Shown in pieces: positions 27,913 through 37,244 of a DNA stretch of 64,000 nt (positions within the stretch are counted from its first letter, which is position 1; each line of letters starts with the position of its first letter). Origin of the DNA: a virus (Duplodnaviria > Caudoviricetes); IMG/VR virus record IMGVR_UViG_3300048598_000287, positions 64,001 to 128,000 of that record; one strand, written 5' to 3'. Position numbers and translations under genes: made by a program. A model generated the notes under the pieces. That model saw only the letters and a program-made list of their open reading frames with translations, did no database searches and was not told where the DNA came from.

Positions 27913-28125
27913 TTACTTCACATGCCTAGTTTCACGAAATATGTTTTTAACCGCGCGTAACTCTTCTATTGCACGGTATTCGATCTCCCGGCAAAGTGAT
28001 ATTTCAGCATCGTGCAAATCTGCATAGGAAAATGGGCCATCACCATAAAGAGATGGCGCATCATATCCTATCGATTTAATGAGATTTTGCTGCAATACGT
28101 CGATGTCTGATTTTTTCATATCCAT
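27913..28125 (-). CDS. Hypothetical protein
   Basis: AAGGA RBS, 70 aa. Confidence 0.55.
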   Translation of the reverse strand: MDMKKSDIDVLQQNLIKSIGYDAPSLYGDGPFSYADLHDAEISLCREIEYRAIEELRAVKNIFRETRHVK

Positions 28126-28152
28126 GAATATCCTTTGCTTAATTGGCTGCGA

Positions 28153-29010
28153 TCATTCTATCATGTACGGATGTATTATCTTTCCATAGACGCTCGGGCG
28201 TATATACCGGCGGGAATCCACTACCACCGGAGTAGATGTCCCATGCGTGTACATCGTGATATAGCTGGATTGCATCACATGTTGTGAAAATAGGAAGAAC
28301 CGAGTTCCGGAAAAATACGTGGATATCACATATGTTAGCACCGTTTGGTCAAGTCTTGCTGATTCTCCTCCGTGACCGGTAAGGATAAGCATCGCCCACG
28401 TTATATCGTCGATTACATTCACCACCTTGCTGTTTTTCCGAAGTATCAGTGCTGACTGGAACAGAACGGCCCGGTTGAAATATGTCTTCCCAAAGAGTCT
28501 TTTCTGTGAGTCGGATTCTTCCCTGGGAAGACCCCGGAAAGATATCCATGTGGAAATCTCCTCATAAACGTTAGCCCGGTATGGATGGATGCCTATCCCT
28601 ATGTCAGAGGATGAAGACGAGAAATCGTCGTACAGCTTATCCAGGGATTTGTTTATCCTCATGCTGCCGTCTATGTATATGGATATCTCGGTATCTGCGA
28701 ATTCAAACGGATGATACCTGACATAGTTTACCTTGCTTATGGGTGACCGGTATTTTGAAAGGGCGGGAAATTCGTCGCAGTTCCGTACTTCCCATGTACG
28801 GCTTTTTACACCTTTACCGTCAGTCACCAATATATATCGGACATCGGAAGGCGCGTTGGCGACTTCTCTTACCGGCTCATACCCGCCCATTATGCATGAT
28901 ATTACGGTATACCGGTAACGCTTCTTTGGAGGTGAAACCGGCGGATCAGCCGTTGGTGTGCTTTCTGAATCTTTCCGACGCCTCAGACGCGACAGTAAGC
29001 CATTTATCAT
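28153..29010 (-). CDS. DUF616 (TOD1/MUCI70-like) glycosyltransferase
   Basis: SCIMGGYE, LVTD, RYHPFEF, IYIDGS, IHPYR..VYEE, LDQ. Confidence 0.75.
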   Translation of the reverse strand: MINGLLSRLRRRKDSESTPTADPPVSPPKKRYRYTVISCIMGGYEPVREVANAPSDVRYILVTDGKGVKSRTWEVRNCDEFPALSKYRSPISKVNYVRYHPFEFADTEISIYIDGSMRINKSLDKLYDDFSSSSSDIGIGIHPYRANVYEEISTWISFRGLPREESDSQKRLFGKTYFNRAVLFQSALILRKNSKVVNVIDDITWAMLILTGHGGESARLDQTVLTYVISTYFSGTRFFLFSQHVMQSSYITMYTHGTSTPVVVDSRRYIRPSVYGKIIHPYMIE

Positions 29011-29719
29011 CAGTCAAGAGCTCCTTTATTCTGCTTCCAATGTTCGAAAGCGTGCAATATACGACAGAATTTCCGGCATATGAATCATTCCTTGACTTTT
29101 CAGTTAGGACGCATCTGCCGTTTATGAGAGGATAAAACAACCGGACGATTTCTTGATTCATGTAATCGTCGAACGCATGTATGTTAAGGATTATTTTCGA
29201 ATGGGAAATAAGATAATCCAGTGATTCGCCCGATACTCCAGTGGCCGTTACTATTTTTAACTTACGGTCATTTATCATTATGCCATGGAGTATCCGGTAT
29301 CTCCTAAGCGTTTCCTCTCCGTAAAACAGGACGTCATAAAGCATGTCGTCAGGTTTTATTTCGGGAAGTGTCTTGAGGGAATTAACCCATTTAATGGGAT
29401 GATACTTAACTCCGGATATGCCGTTCCTGGCTAAATAATTGATGTTCTCAAGATTATAATCCCATATTTCATCTGATTTTCTAAACCAAATCAGGGAGTC
29501 ATGGTTAACCCATGGAGAACCGTCATACAGCTGTTCTAAATTATAGACGGCAAGCTTGCACCCCGGATGCTTAGACCGTATGTCATCTATGTTATTGGGA
29601 TTCATCACGTTGTATCCTAAAACAACTACGGTATCGTCATAATTAGATGACGTGCATAAGCCTTCTATCATTGTCTTTACATGCTTGAACACAAATGGGT
29701 GATTATCTATTACATACAT
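28946..29719 (-). CDS. GT-B-like glycosyltransferase
   Basis: YNLEQL, IWDY, YDVLFYG...RR, SKIILNIH...EIVRL...VLTE. Confidence 0.7.
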   Translation of the reverse strand: MYVIDNHPFVFKHVKTMIEGLCTSSNYDDTVVVLGYNVMNPNNIDDIRSKHPGCKLAVYNLEQLYDGSPWVNHDSLIWFRKSDEIWDYNLENINYLARNGISGVKYHPIKWVNSLKTLPEIKPDDMLYDVLFYGEETLRRYRILHGIMINDRKLKIVTATGVSGESLDYLISHSKIILNIHAFDDYMNQEIVRLFYPLINGRCVLTEKSRNDSYAGNSVVYCTLSNIGSRIKELLTDDKWLTVASEASERFRKHTNG

Positions 29720-29738
29720 TATGGAATCTCCTTGAAAG

Positions 29739-29767
29739 AATATACAAAAATATCATTCGTACGGCAA
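29739..29767 (-). promoter_or_regulatory. Sigma70-type early promoter
   Basis: TTGCCG-N17-TATATT. Confidence 0.7.
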
Positions 29768-29779
29768 GCGCAAATCTCA

Positions 29780-29788
29780 TATAAACTA
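29780..29788 (+). promoter_or_regulatory. Putative late promoter TATAAACTA
   Basis: Motif upstream of the glycosyltransferase operon, back-to-back with an early promoter. Confidence 0.65.
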
Positions 29789-29815
29789 TATTATATGTTT
29801 AACTGATATAGATAT

Positions 29816-31618
29816 ATGAGAATTCCAGAGAAAATGCGGCTGCTCAGAGAAATGCAAAAGAAGCAAGACTTACTTTCCATTAAGGGAGGTAAATCGTTCG
29901 AAGATCTTGAGATATGGAAAACACCTAAAAAAGTAACTGAATATGCAGGCAATCGCAAAAGAATTCATTTAATTCACTGGTATGCAAAAAACAGATCGAG
30001 TCTAGAACTTACGGATGTAGAGAAATTTCATTTTACGATGCTATATCTATCGGATTTCGATTGCAAGTTTGATGAAATATACTTTACTGTCGCAATAGAT
30101 GATATGGATGCTGATCCGCTAAAAGAGTTTATCTCAGATAAAATTAATGAATTAACTAAATATGGAACTGCTAAATTGCATGTAAATTTCATAAAAAATA
30201 ATGTCAGCACGGGAGAGCTTGATACCTGGTTAAAATTGTTTGATTTCATTTATGACGATGATGAAGAGGCATTGCTTTTTTATTCGCATTTTAAAGGAAC
30301 AGGAAGGCATAATGATTCGAAAACTAATTTAAATGTAAAATACTGGGCATATCTACTGTATCAAGGATGCCTAATTGACGGATGGGAGACTAGTCAATCC
30401 GTATTAAATGATAAGGCATCATTCGGCGCATGTATAAATGAAAAAAACATAGACATAGAATATTATAAGGCGGAATTTCCATTTTGGAACGTCGTGCAGA
30501 ATGTTCAAAACAGAAAAGTATATACCGGAACGTTTTACTGGATTAATTCGCTGCATGCAAAACATATGCTGTCGGATAGAAAAATATGTAAGCAGGACAT
30601 ACATGATATACGTAACCTAAATAAAAGAGTAAATACGGGTAATTATCTAGCCGCCCCATGGTTCGCCGAATATTCTATTCCTAGCATTCTTAATGAACAG
30701 CCCACCGCATATTTCAGAAACTCAAATAAATATGATTTTCACGAATATGAATTGTATAATACCCGACATTTACCTGAATATATAAATAAATTCAACAATT
30801 TATATAATATGTGCATGGATAGAAAAGCAGTAGCCTCTATTACGCATAGCAGATGCATTCTATCTTGCATATTTAATAATTATGAAAAGGTTCATGAAAT
30901 AAGGCAACGATCTCCGGAAATCGACTATGTGATGATAACTGATGATCCGGACCTCAAATCTGACACCTGGACGGTGATTCATGAAAACGAATATCCTGAA
31001 TTAACTAAATTATCAGATCCTATTGCAAAATGCTGGTATGTCAGATTTCACCCGTTTGAATTCTGCCCAAGTGCGCAAACCGTATTTAAAATAGACGGGG
31101 ACATGGAGATAAATAAAACGCCGGAGAAATTATTCAATGATTTCGAAGCGGGCAAGAAAGACATAGGATTTGCAATACATCCATATAGATCTGATGTATA
31201 TTCAGAAATAGATGAATGGAAAAGGATAAGACCGGATAGGGCAAAACTTGCACAGCAGGAGCAATTTTTCAATAGCAAAAAATATAAATCAACCGGACTA
31301 ATAGAAAGCGGATATTTAATGATAAGCCATTCTGACCGTGCTAAAGAAATCCTTGACGTATCATGGAAGCTATGTGTTGATTGCCGGCCTGAAGGAAAAG
31401 AAGCCAGCCCGGTAGATCAAACATTGTTCACGTATTCAGTACATATGAATTTCGGGAATGGAGATAACTTCATGGTATATGATAGGCATCTGGTATCAAA
31501 TAGTTACATAACAATAATGGGGCATAATTCAAACATACCCGCTGCATTATTTGAAGATCCAAAATTGCCGGAAAGAACCATTTTCAATATTAAAATTAAC
31601 CCTTATTATATAGAGTGA
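29816..31618 (+). CDS. Two-domain glycosyltransferase-like protein (YxHxKG-type N-domain + DUF616 C-domain)
   Basis: GE..T, FYSHFKG, YTGTFYW in the N-half; C-half paralogous to 28153-29010. Confidence 0.7.
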   Translation: MRIPEKMRLLREMQKKQDLLSIKGGKSFEDLEIWKTPKKVTEYAGNRKRIHLIHWYAKNRSSLELTDVEKFHFTMLYLSDFDCKFDEIYFTVAIDDMDADPLKEFISDKINELTKYGTAKLHVNFIKNNVSTGELDTWLKLFDFIYDDDEEALLFYSHFKGTGRHNDSKTNLNVKYWAYLLYQGCLIDGWETSQSVLNDKASFGACINEKNIDIEYYKAEFPFWNVVQNVQNRKVYTGTFYWINSLHAKHMLSDRKICKQDIHDIRNLNKRVNTGNYLAAPWFAEYSIPSILNEQPTAYFRNSNKYDFHEYELYNTRHLPEYINKFNNLYNMCMDRKAVASITHSRCILSCIFNNYEKVHEIRQRSPEIDYVMITDDPDLKSDTWTVIHENEYPELTKLSDPIAKCWYVRFHPFEFCPSAQTVFKIDGDMEINKTPEKLFNDFEAGKKDIGFAIHPYRSDVYSEIDEWKRIRPDRAKLAQQEQFFNSKKYKSTGLIESGYLMISHSDRAKEILDVSWKLCVDCRPEGKEASPVDQTLFTYSVHMNFGNGDNFMVYDRHLVSNSYITIMGHNSNIPAALFEDPKLPERTIFNIKINPYYIE

Positions 31619-31621
31619 ACC

Positions 31622-32041
31622 ATGCGAATACTTCTTACTAATTTGGCAATGAAATTCATTGGTGGAACTGAAGTATATGTATATTCCATAGCTGAAGAGC
31701 TTATTCGCCGTGGCTATATAGTATATTATTATACTCCAAATGATGGGGACATCGGATTCAGGCTAAGGCAAATCGGCGTGCATCGCTATTCTGATCAGCA
31801 GGTGGATCTTATATTATGCAATCATGATACGGTGAATGACCTTATGGGAACTGCTCCGGTTATTCAGACCTGCCATGGAATACTAAAGGAAGAGTTTCCT
31901 ATACGCGAAGCAAATAAATATATCGCGATAAGTGAAGAAATCCAGGAATTGTTGAAAGGCAAAGGAATACATGCAGAAATAATACGAAATGGGGTGAACC
32001 TTAAGAGATTCTATGATAAAACTCCTATACATAAGAGTTAG
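31622..32041 (+). pseudogene. GT4-like glycosyltransferase, N-terminal part, interrupted by TnpB element
   Basis: MRILLTN...GGTEVY, TCHG, IAISE, IRNGV; stop codon lies at the insertion junction. Confidence 0.75.
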
Positions 32042-33478
32042 TCGAAATGCAATAAAATGCATATTGAGTTTTCAGGAATCCGGGACTCTAAGCACCGAAC
32101 CATCCAGGCTGAACAATCCCTCTGACTTCCAGAAGAAGCCTTCGGTTTTGCTCAGTGAGGACAACATATCGCACCGGGGTAGATCGGGCAGAAGTTGCTC
32201 ATGGTTCTTCGCCGCGTTAATGTCGGCGTCGATAGCCAGCCCGCAATGCGGACAGATGAACAGTTTACCCTTCCTAGATGCTTTACGTACCAGGCCGCAA
32301 TCCGAACACCGTTGAGAACGATAAGCCGACGACTGCTGATTCACCTGGACCCCAAGCTCTTCAGTAATTCTTATCAGGCTATCTCTGATGACCGGATTTG
32401 ACCAGTGAGACAATTTCCTACTGGTATTTCTACCATATCTTACATTCACTACATTTTCCAGCGCGATTTCCTTAACGCCGCGTAAATCCAAACGATTCAG
32501 CGCATAATTCACATAGTTCTTCCGTTCAATCACAGCGCGGGCGAATGCGTGTGATCCACGTTCCTTCCTTGCCATCTTAGCGGCTATGGTATCCAGGTTG
32601 ACGGAGATGATCCGTTCTGGCTGGTTTTTCTTAGGAGCCTTTATGACCAGGTCCGGAGTGACTGATCCGTTGGACAGTGACATGGTCGTCTTCAGCCCTT
32701 GATCGGCGCCGATGCGCGTGCCTTCCGTTCGCTGGGGGACTTCCTTCTGCCATCTAAGCTGGACGCCGTGCTCGTCGATTAAATATCCGGAGCAGCGTTC
32801 CCATGACCCGTCCGTGTATTTCTTCAGCATGGAATGCCTGCAGACGGGAATCCTGACGTGTTCTCGTCCAGTAGATTTGATCCTGACGTATCCGTAGAAC
32901 TTTCCATCGGGTGTTTCGGCGAAATCCGCGCATTTAGAGCTGATCTCTATTCCCGCGTCACTTAAGTCAGGCTTCTTCGGCATCGATTCTTCTATCTTTG
33001 TCCAGAGCCGTTCGCTGTATTCGCCCTGTCCACATAGCCTGTCAAATACATATATCCGCGCCGACTGCTTGCCTAGCATTGATCTGAGCTTGCCGCTTAG
33101 CTGCGTAACCAGTGAACTGAGCATACGTCCGCTTAACCACGTGTCTACGTTGAACCGGTTGTAGTCCAGGTATTTAGGTAATGAGAGCTTGAATTTGCTT
33201 ACATTGAACTCATGCGTGCTCCCGTTTTCCATCCAGCGGTATCCGTTAATCCACAAGTCGTCGCAGATCAGCTGCATCACCCTGCGCCATTCAGACAGCA
33301 GGATGAGAGTCTCATCCTGCTTTCTTGCATTAGCGAACTTGAGTGTATGTTGTGTCGATCGGACAATCATATTAATAGTTTATATCCTGCCTATGTAAAT
33401 TATATCTTTATTAACTTACATTCTTATATATATATATTCCATTGATTTACTATATTTTCTGTATCATGTTATTAGACA
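32039..33478 (-). mobile_element. TnpB-only IS200/IS605-family (IS1341-like) element, ~1440 bp (ends uncertain by a few bp)
   Basis: Removal restores a continuous GT frame (…IHKS|LTTVLS…); different base composition; small subterminal hairpins. Confidence 0.75.
32072..33370 (-). CDS. tnpB: TnpB RNA-guided endonuclease
   Basis: RuvC I GADQG, RuvC II ALEN, zinc finger CSDC...CPHC, RuvC III DADINAAKN. Confidence 0.9.
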   Translation of the reverse strand: MIVRSTQHTLKFANARKQDETLILLSEWRRVMQLICDDLWINGYRWMENGSTHEFNVSKFKLSLPKYLDYNRFNVDTWLSGRMLSSLVTQLSGKLRSMLGKQSARIYVFDRLCGQGEYSERLWTKIEESMPKKPDLSDAGIEISSKCADFAETPDGKFYGYVRIKSTGREHVRIPVCRHSMLKKYTDGSWERCSGYLIDEHGVQLRWQKEVPQRTEGTRIGADQGLKTTMSLSNGSVTPDLVIKAPKKNQPERIISVNLDTIAAKMARKERGSHAFARAVIERKNYVNYALNRLDLRGVKEIALENVVNVRYGRNTSRKLSHWSNPVIRDSLIRITEELGVQVNQQSSAYRSQRCSDCGLVRKASRKGKLFICPHCGLAIDADINAAKNHEQLLPDLPRCDMLSSLSKTEGFFWKSEGLFSLDGSVLRVPDS

Positions 33479-33928
33479 TTGACAACTGTCCTTTCAAATT
33501 GTAAGGAATGCAATGGAGCGGACAATATTCTTAAGGAAGCATGCCGACGCCTTGGACTGACTCTAATAATTCCGGAAAAGAGAATATGGAACATTGAAGA
33601 TCTCATATGCGAATCCGATCTTGTAGTTGGCATAGGGCGTTCATTATATGATGCAATGTCATGCGGAAGATGCGTAATATCATGGGATAACAGATCGTAT
33701 AATGGAAATTTAGGTGATGGATATCTGAATAACGAAAATATAAGGCAATCCCTTGTGCATAATCTTTCTGGAAGAATAACTGGCCACCAATTTGATGTAG
33801 ACATGATGATCCATGAATTAGAAAAATATAATTCGGATGACGGAATATTTATGCGCCGGTTTGCTGAAGAAAATCTTGATATAACCCGATCGGTTGATAC
33901 CTATCTAAGATTATATAACGCAATGTGA
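33479..33928 (+). pseudogene. GT4-like glycosyltransferase, C-terminal part
   Basis: SDLVVGIGRSLYDAMSCGRCVI nucleotide-binding motif; in frame with the N-part after element removal. Confidence 0.75.
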
Positions 33929-33977
33929 TCTCACAAAAATATATTTTCATTATGCTATATATACAAAAGGTAACATT

Positions 33978-35498
33978 ATGGAATCAGAACCCAGTGTGCG
34001 AATCTATGTAGTAGGCTCATCGGATAGTGTATTTCATTGCCCGGATGACCCCTCGTATGTAAAATACTATACTGACGCCAATTATCAGAAGGACAACATA
34101 AATCAGGAAAACCATGTCATATGCGAACTTTCCGGACTATATTATCTATGGAAGAACGAATCAGCAGAAATTGTCGGACTTGAACATTACAGACGTATGT
34201 TTGAGGAAGATGAAACGCGCCTTTCCCTGGAACGGATAAATGAACTGCTTTCCGAAAATGACATTATAATATCCAAATATAGGTGGACCTCACCTAACCG
34301 GGAAACTCTTTCGCAGATACATATGGATCATCTCGACGACTATATAGCCATGTCAGATTCACTTCTTCCGGGCATAGAAAAATATATAGAATCCGAAATG
34401 GATTCATACGACATTGCGCAGGGCAACCGTTTCATATGTAGGAAGCAATTTATAAATGAGTATTGTGAATACATCTTCAGACTATATGGCATGATAAAGG
34501 AAAGGTTCACGATTAATCCCCGGGAATTCGGATATTACGCGGAATATACCTTCATGGCATACCTGAAATATAAAGGAATTAAATATCATGCCGTTGGATT
34601 CTCCGAATATTCAAAAACCGGAGATGACGTGTTTCATTACTCTGTTCCGGAAGAATATAAGAAGAATGCTATGATGCTGCTGACAGGATATAAGCCATAT
34701 CTGTATGATCTTGTTTTTGATCGAATCGAGAAATTCCTTCCTGATGATTTTGATCTGTACATAGTTACCGCCGGCGTTGGAAAACAGAAAAGGATCGAAG
34801 ATTTCGCCCAAAAAATGGATGCCGAATATATCATGTATCAGCAAAGCAATAATTCAGGAGAAGCCATGAATGCATGCGTGGCATCAATGGCGCAGGAAGG
34901 AAAGCATTATAAATATCTCCTGAAATGCGACGAGGACATATTCATTACTGAGCATTCAATAGAAACCATGGTGGAATGTTATGAAAAAGCGGAAACCGTC
35001 TGCATGCCTGGATTCATTGCTCCTCTTCTCAATGTAAATGGAAACTGCTATCAGAAAATACTTGCCGATTATGGAAAGACCGACGAATGGATTTCCAGGT
35101 TCGGAAAGATAAAATACGGAAACTGGAATGACTATATGGAAATCGAAGGGTCAGAATCTGCAGCGAGATTTATGTGGGGAGAAGATGGAATCATCCCGGG
35201 AATAGATAGCATGAACCGGGATTACCAGATAGATGGCGGAGATGATTTCATGTTCGCAAAAACAAGATATTCAATAGGAATGGTGCTGATGTCATTTCCT
35301 CTTTTCATTAAAAGAGGAATGTTCTCTGCATTTAACGGGCATGTTGATGATGAATATGCACTTAATTCACTGTTCGCACTTGGATATCCTCCAGTGATAT
35401 GCTGTAAGACGCTGTGCGGGCATTTTTCTTTCTTCGGACAGGTGAACGGTATGAAAACATTCCTAGATGAACATCCGGAAAACTTCTCTGTTAACTGA
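33978..35498 (+). CDS. DUF4422 (GT111-like) + GT-A glycosyltransferase fusion
   Basis: DNIN..N...CELSGLYYLWKN...VGLEHYRR; C-half LLKCDEDIF...H. Confidence 0.8.
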   Translation: MESEPSVRIYVVGSSDSVFHCPDDPSYVKYYTDANYQKDNINQENHVICELSGLYYLWKNESAEIVGLEHYRRMFEEDETRLSLERINELLSENDIIISKYRWTSPNRETLSQIHMDHLDDYIAMSDSLLPGIEKYIESEMDSYDIAQGNRFICRKQFINEYCEYIFRLYGMIKERFTINPREFGYYAEYTFMAYLKYKGIKYHAVGFSEYSKTGDDVFHYSVPEEYKKNAMMLLTGYKPYLYDLVFDRIEKFLPDDFDLYIVTAGVGKQKRIEDFAQKMDAEYIMYQQSNNSGEAMNACVASMAQEGKHYKYLLKCDEDIFITEHSIETMVECYEKAETVCMPGFIAPLLNVNGNCYQKILADYGKTDEWISRFGKIKYGNWNDYMEIEGSESAARFMWGEDGIIPGIDSMNRDYQIDGGDDFMFAKTRYSIGMVLMSFPLFIKRGMFSAFNGHVDDEYALNSLFALGYPPVICCKTLCGHFSFFGQVNGMKTFLDEHPENFSVN

Positions 35499-35527
35499 AA
35501 ACTTCGCGGGTTATCCGCGAGCTTTTG
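35498..35527 (+). terminator. Intrinsic terminator
   Basis: TCGCGGGTTATCCGCGA hairpin + TTTT. Confidence 0.6.
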
Positions 35528-35605
35528 TAATTATCGTTAACTGCCCACACACCAAAGGATTCCATCGATGATGTTCGGTGGCATATTGCGGTCGGCTATT
35601 CTATG

Positions 35606-35884
35606 TCACTTATTGGCGGAGTCCTTTTTGGCATCAGAGGCTTCCCTGTTCAGACCTTTATAATATTTCATGCGTTCTGCCATAAATAATTCTTTCCATG
35701 CAAAATTAGTCACCTCTATGCTATTTCCATCAGAAAAAGAAATTGTTTTATCTCCATTCCCCTTGTCTTCCGGATCAACTGGAGAAACCATAGTAATCTG
35801 GTCTGGATTTATGTAAACAGGATATTCAAGGTTTTGTGCATATATTTTTCTTAGCATTTTTTCTCCTTTCTTCTTGCTCATCAT
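35606..35884 (-). CDS. Hypothetical protein
   Basis: AAGGAG RBS before MLRKIY; VYINPDQI. Confidence 0.55.
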   Translation of the reverse strand: MMSKKKGEKMLRKIYAQNLEYPVYINPDQITMVSPVDPEDKGNGDKTISFSDGNSIEVTNFAWKELFMAERMKYYKGLNREASDAKKDSANK

Positions 35885-36047
35885 ACATGTATACCGCCAA
35901 TGTCGCCCACAGTATGGTCAATATTGCCAGAGTTTCAAGCAATATTACCAAATCGGCGCCTCCTGTTGCAAATCTTACAGAAACTATAGCCACACATATG
36001 GCAGTAGCCGCTGATCCGCACGATATCATTATATGTTTAGTTTTCAT
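35826..36047 (-). CDS. Small membrane protein (2 TM)
   Basis: Hydrophobic helices; directly after promoter 36055-36083. Confidence 0.55.
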   Translation of the reverse strand: MKTKHIMISCGSAATAICVAIVSVRFATGGADLVILLETLAILTILWATLAVYMYDEQEERRKNAKKNICTKP

Positions 36048-36054
36048 GTATGCA

Positions 36055-36083
36055 AATATACATTATTTAAAGTGCAACGGCAA
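36055..36083 (-). promoter_or_regulatory. Sigma70-type early promoter
   Basis: TTGCCG-N17-TATATT. Confidence 0.7.
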
Positions 36084-36113
36084 TGGCCGCCAAAACATAT
36101 TTTGCCCGTGTTG

Positions 36114-36148
36114 AAAAAAGGGGGCTCCCTCTTGCACGAGGAAGCCCC
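36114..36148 (-). terminator. Intrinsic terminator
   Basis: GGGGCTTCCTC-loop-GAGGGAGCCCC + T6. Confidence 0.7.
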
Positions 36149-36331
36149 TGAATTCAATCCATTCGGGAGACTCAATGGAGAGCCAGATCCGTTGGAATTA
36201 TAGCGTTCATATTCGGTGAAATATTATTAATATACATTTTTCTATGGCAAAATACATATCGCCAGGATAACTTTCTAAAGTTTTCTTCCACAAATCTTAT
36301 ATAAACTATTCAGATACATCACAGGAAATAT

Positions 36332-36571
36332 ATGAATCCACTATTCGAATACGTACAGTTTGTCGAGGGGCATAAAAATTCAAAGGGAGAAGCCGCCCCA
36401 TGGGTCATAAAATCTCACGAAACCGGAAAAATCCTGTCGTCTCATAAATCAGAAGGAGATGCCAAAGAACATCTGAAGCAGATGCACATATTCAAAGAAT
36501 CAGTATCAAAACTTAATCTGGAACCACTAGAAGAATCCGCTGTTATTGAACTGTATGAAACTTGTTTTTAA
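36332..36571 (+). CDS. Small late protein
   Basis: TATAAACTA at 36300-36308, AGGA RBS; WVIKS..TGKILSSHKS...AKEHL. Confidence 0.7.
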   Translation: MNPLFEYVQFVEGHKNSKGEAAPWVIKSHETGKILSSHKSEGDAKEHLKQMHIFKESVSKLNLEPLEESAVIELYETCF

Positions 36572-36590
36572 ACATTGATTAATATATTGG

Positions 36591-37244
36591 TTAGTTCACC
36601 ATAGTCGGATCGCCTTTGTCCAGAAGCTTTTCCAGCTTTTTCTGCTTGTATTTACTATATGTTTCCCCTATCTCACATTCGTCGAATATACAATTACCTG
36701 AAATGTATTTCTTCATCCAGTCCGATATGTCCGTTTTGAATTGTTCAATAGGATATGTATGATCAAACAGAACTGAAATATATAGAGGATTATCACATCC
36801 TGCGCAGAGAAATTTAGCACGCGTAATGCTTTCACATGGGGTCATGATGTAAAAATATATTGGATTTTTCAGTACTCCGGAAATGAACGCGTTTATGCCT
36901 TCTATAGGAGAATAGCTGTCATCGCCAGTATCGAATATTATCCGTAGTTCACGGTCGAAATGGATCTCGCGCATTTTAGGATTGTCCTCGGTACAATCTT
37001 TCGTATGAATATTCATTTCATGTATAGTTTGCTCGATATTCTTGATCTCGTTCCTAATAGTTTCGCCATTAACTATCGCTTCGGTACTGGCGTTAATTCC
37101 ATGCGCGTGGCAGAATGGATTGATGCGTTCATATTCTTCAGTGAGCAGCTTGATGTAGCTTTTCTGAGTATCAACCAGTGATATATATTCTTTAATTAGT
37201 CCGGATTCGTTATCCATTTCATGACCTCGTGTTGTTTGAATCAT
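36591..37244 (-). CDS. Hypothetical protein
   Basis: 217-aa ORF (likely start 37217 after GAGG). Confidence 0.65.
   Translation of the reverse strand: MIQTTRGHEMDNESGLIKEYISLVDTQKSYIKLLTEEYERINPFCHAHGINASTEAIVNGETIRNEIKNIEQTIHEMNIHTKDCTEDNPKMREIHFDRELRIIFDTGDDSYSPIEGINAFISGVLKNPIYFYIMTPCESITRAKFLCAGCDNPLYISVLFDHTYPIEQFKTDISDWMKKYISGNCIFDECEIGETYSKYKQKKLEKLLDKGDPTMVN

Noticed and set aside
32039-33478. IStron (group I intron + TnpB) that would splice out of the GT mRNA
   Set aside because: tnpB is antisense to the host gene, the non-coding ends are too short for a group I core, and the best frame-restoring junctions do not end in G.
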